Below are positions 63,981 through 64,000 of a stretch of 64,000 nucleotides of DNA, piece after piece (position 1 is the stretch's first letter; each line of letters opens with the position of its first letter). A program made the position numbers and the translations under genes. Source of the stretch: Lingula anatina. Taxonomy: Eukaryota > Animalia > Brachiopoda. The notes under the pieces were generated by a model. That model made no database searches, was not told the origin of the DNA, and was given only the letters and a program-made list of their open reading frames with translations. The stretch is from the NCBI GenBank assembly GCA_051362555.1, contig CM120641.1, positions 47,622,401-47,686,400 of the forward strand, in the 5' to 3' direction.

Positions 63981-64000
63981 CTGAAAAGAGAAGAGAATAT

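Overview
AT-rich, intron-dense animal genomic DNA; repeat and gene content suggest a lophotrochozoan such as a mollusc (inference). Three genes were reconstructed by hand. (1) The 5' part of a secreted C-type lectin on the minus strand (201-687), running off the left edge. (2) A complete six-exon plus-strand type I membrane mucin (2770-8322): signal peptide, SUEL-like lectin, CUB-like domain carrying an Asp/His tract and RRKR site, ~330-aa PT stalk, TM helix and tail. (3) A giant minus-strand gene (12698 to beyond 63980) with about 82 coding exons and roughly 4,700 aa, resembling uninflatable (Uif)/SVEP1: CTLD, LDLa, CUB, PAN, Sushi, EGF, HYR, SEA-like, GCC2_GCC3, F5/8C, LamG, TM. Its N-terminus lies outside the window. 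Introns and intergenic DNA hold many MITEs (including a Harbinger-like family with TTA/TAA TSDs), an L2/CR1-type LINE 3' fragment and microsatellites. The most unusual signal is a set of tandem duplications anchored on exon-intron junctions, which multiply intact splice acceptors or donors up to nine times. One array builds in-frame half-EGF repeats, each closed by TAG; another creates an AG|GT zero-length-exon structure with a templated insert. Exon boundaries are manual reads and may be off by a few bases.
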